From the NCBI RefSeq assembly GCF_009914755.1, contig NC_060943.1: DNA of 64,000 bases; one strand, 5' to 3'. Position 1 is the stretch's first letter; each line of letters begins with the position of its first letter. Shown here one piece after another: positions 61,206 to 64,000 of the stretch. The notes below the pieces were generated by a model. That model was not told where the DNA came from. It made no database searches and saw only the letters and a list, made by a program, of their open reading frames with translations. The translations under genes were made by a program, and so were the position numbers. The stretch is from the human T2T-CHM13v2.0 reference genome, Homo sapiens.

Positions 61206-63190
61206 AAACACACTCACCTGCGTAATTTTTGTATTTTTAGTAGAGACGAGGTTTCACCATGTTGGCCAGGATGGTCTCGATCTCTTGACCTCGTGATCCG
61301 CCTGCCTCGGCCTCCCAAAGTGCTGGGATTACAGGCGTGAGCCACTGCGCCGGCCACTTTCTTCCCTTTTATGGGCTGACCCCGCCTCTACATTCTGTTC
61401 CCTTATTGTGACCTTCTAGGTGGATGAGCCCTGCAGTTTGTTATATTTGCAGGCTGGCTGCCAGTACTTAGATTTATCATGCCTCAGAAATGGACCATTT
61501 AAAATGTTTTCTCACATACACACTTGTATCTGTTTTTTTGTGCATTATTTTTATGAGATTCATCCATTCACATTTTCTCTTCCTCCCTCCCTCCCTCACT
61601 CCCTTCCTTCCTTCCTTCCTTCATTCCTTCTTTCTTTCATCTCATTCTGTTACCCAGACTGGAGTGCAGTGGCACAATCACAGCTCAACGTGGCCTCAAC
61701 CTTCCGAGCTCAAATAATCCTCCCACTTCAGTCTCCTGAGTACCTGGGACTACAGGTGTACACCACCACACCCAGTTAATTTTTAATTTTTTTGTAGAGA
61801 CAGGGTCTCCTTATGTTGCCCAGGCTGGTCTCAAAGTCCTGGGCTCAAACGACCCGCCTGTCTCAGCCTCCCAAAGTGCTGGGATTATAGGGTGAGCCAG
61901 AGCACTCGGCCTCCAGCCTACATTTTCATTATGGTTTATAAATACTTTATTTTCTTGATAGTTATTATATTCATTACCATTTTTTTTATGAAGTCTCGCT
62001 CTGTTGCCCAAGCTGAAGTACAGTGGTGTGATCTTGGGTCACTGCAACCTCTGCCTCCCAGTTCCAGTGATTCTCCTGCCTCAGCCTCCTGAGTAGCTGG
62101 GATTACAGGTGCGCGCCACCATGCCCGGCTAATTTTTGTATTTTTAGTAGAGACAGGGTTTTATTATATTGGCCAGGCTGGTCTCGAACTCCTGACCTCA
62201 TGATCCGCCAGGCTTTGGCCTCCCAAAGTGCTGATATTACAGGCGTGAACCACTGTGCCCGGCTTATTACCATTCTTTTATGGATCTTGTAATATTAAAA
62301 CATGCATCTTATATACTGACTCTCCAATTAATTTCCCTTTGTTCTGATTAATGTGAACAAACAAAATAATTTGATTTGATTTTGCTGGTGGTGGTCCCCG
62401 TCATGATGCCATGATTCATGACCATCAACAAATGACTTAAGTGACTTATCGTTCTCTGCCCTATCAGAAGTAGCTATTCTGAGGCAGTAAGGTCTCATCC
62501 ACAGAGCACAAGACTGCATTTTAATTTTCCTGGTCCAAGCACCAAATTAATAAAACACAACAGCTAGTCTACTTGCTGCTTCCCACCAGCATCTCTGCAA
62601 TCACTAAGTGTGCGGCTCCTTTAAGGCAGCTCCCAGGCTAGGCTGGAGACAGATCTATTGTTCTCACCCTCAGGCTGCCTGGAGAGTCACAAATATTTAA
62701 CAAAGGAAGTTCCAGACTTAGGTGACAACATATATTATCACAGGAAGAAGTAGAAATCATAGTAATTTGCTGTAATCCTACAGAAGCGGATATAATCTTG
62801 TTCTCTGGACTAAGAGTCACCTTACAGCAGAAGCTGAAAGGCCCTCTGATTTTCTAAGAATAGAAATTGCTCTAAGTAAAATGATGGTTTATTAGATCCG
62901 GAAGTGATATAAAAATGGTTCTAGGAAAATGAAGTGAACTAAAATAAGAAGCTACAAATAGAGGAAGGCAGAAAAACTTGGTGATAATGTGAGGGGATAC
63001 AAACAAAAATTTGAGAGGTAGTCCAGGTTTGCTGTTGCTCCCAAGACTGTGCCTGCGGTGGCTGCAGCATCTTTGTAATTCACTGCCACTATTTCGGGAT
63101 GACTTGAGGATGATTGTAACCATGTTGTAGACTAAACCATTAAGGCAGCTGGGATCAGGGGCTCCATATTGCTTAAAATCTTTACAGCAG

Positions 63191-63192
<2 letters not shown>

Positions 63193-63250
<58 letters not shown>
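63193..63250. repeat. (GT)18(GA)11 compound microsatellite
   Basis: Read directly from the sequence. Confidence 0.95.
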
Positions 63251-63252
<2 letters not shown>

Positions 63253-63759
63253 TTGAATCCAATTAATATATATATTTTGAGAGAGTCTGGCTCTGTCATC
63301 CAGGCTGGAGTACAGTGGCGCGATATCTTGGTTCACTGCAACCTCCACCTTCCAGGTTCAAGTGATTCTCCTGGAGAATCCCGCCACTGCACTCCAGCCT
63401 GGGTGACACAGTGAGATTCTGTCTAGAAAAAGAAAAAAAAAAGACATAGATTCTTGGCTGGGCGTGGTGGCTCATGCCTGTAATCTCAGCACTATGGGAG
63501 GCCAAGACAGGAGGACTGCTCGAGGCCAGGATTTCCAGACCAGGCCTGGGCAACATAGCAAGACCCTGTCTCTAAAAGAAGAAATTAGCCAGACATGGTA
63601 GTGTGTGGCTAGCTACTCAGGAAGCTGAAGCAGGAGGATCATTTGAGCCCAGGAGTTCAGGGCTACAATGAGCCATGATTGTGCCACTGCACTCCAGCTT
63701 GGATGACAGAGTAAGACTCTGTCTCAATAATAATTAGAAAAAAGAAGTAGATTTTTTTT

Positions 63760-64000
63760 CTCCATCCTTTGAATGAGAACTGGTTTATGACTTGTTTGAC
63801 CCATAAGATGTGGTAGAAATGATGGTTCATCAGTTTCAAGACTAGTGCTCATGAGGAATTTCATACTTCTCATTCTCTCTCTAACTCTATAACTCATCTC
63901 CACCATGAGGACAAGTCTGGACCAGCTTTCTGGAGGGTGGAAGACCATTCAGAGTGGAGGAATGTGGTCTCAGACAAGGCATTCAAAATCAGTCAGTCTG
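63760..64000. mobile_element. MLT1-like LTR fragment
   Basis: ctccatcctttgaat...gacttgtttgaccc...atgtggtagaaatgatg. Confidence 0.45.

Noticed and set aside
62898-62915. CCGGAAGTG followed by TATAAAAA (ETS site plus TATA-like box)
   Set aside because: Isolated motif with no CpG island or downstream gene structure in the window.

Overview
Human genomic DNA, GC- and Alu-rich. From the encoded proteins I recognise it as the 19q13.2 interval TIMM50(+) - DLL3(+) - SELENOV(+) - EID2B(-) - processed TDGF1/CRIPTO pseudogene(+) - EID2(-). I rebuilt the exon structures by hand from GT-AG sites. They give full-length ORFs of 353 aa (TIMM50, or 456 aa from an upstream AUG), 618/587 aa (DLL3), 346 aa with an in-frame Sec UGA and a well-formed SECIS (SELENOV), 161 aa (EID2B) and 236 aa (EID2). 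Mobile DNA includes a HERV-K(HML-2) LTR5 abutting the TIMM50 promoter, a solo HERV-H LTR7 inside an Alu with a 5-bp TSD about 5 kb upstream of DLL3, MaLR, MER21-type, MER20, MER3, Tigger and L1 remnants, and very many Alus. Most notable observations: (1) the EID2B stop UGA is followed in frame by the family's C-terminal tail (UGA-VGCDDDIGGKE-TAG vs EID2 [14 protein letters not shown]); (2) an LTR5-encoded hydrophobic uORF has a phase-0 donor that could splice in frame into TIMM50 exon 2; (3) the DLL3 short isoform looks like a degenerate Delta ATEV end; (4) SELENOV's SECIS sits in a separate UTR exon behind Alu-derived AATAAA runs. Gene and repeat names come from recall, not database searches, and repeat subfamilies are approximate.
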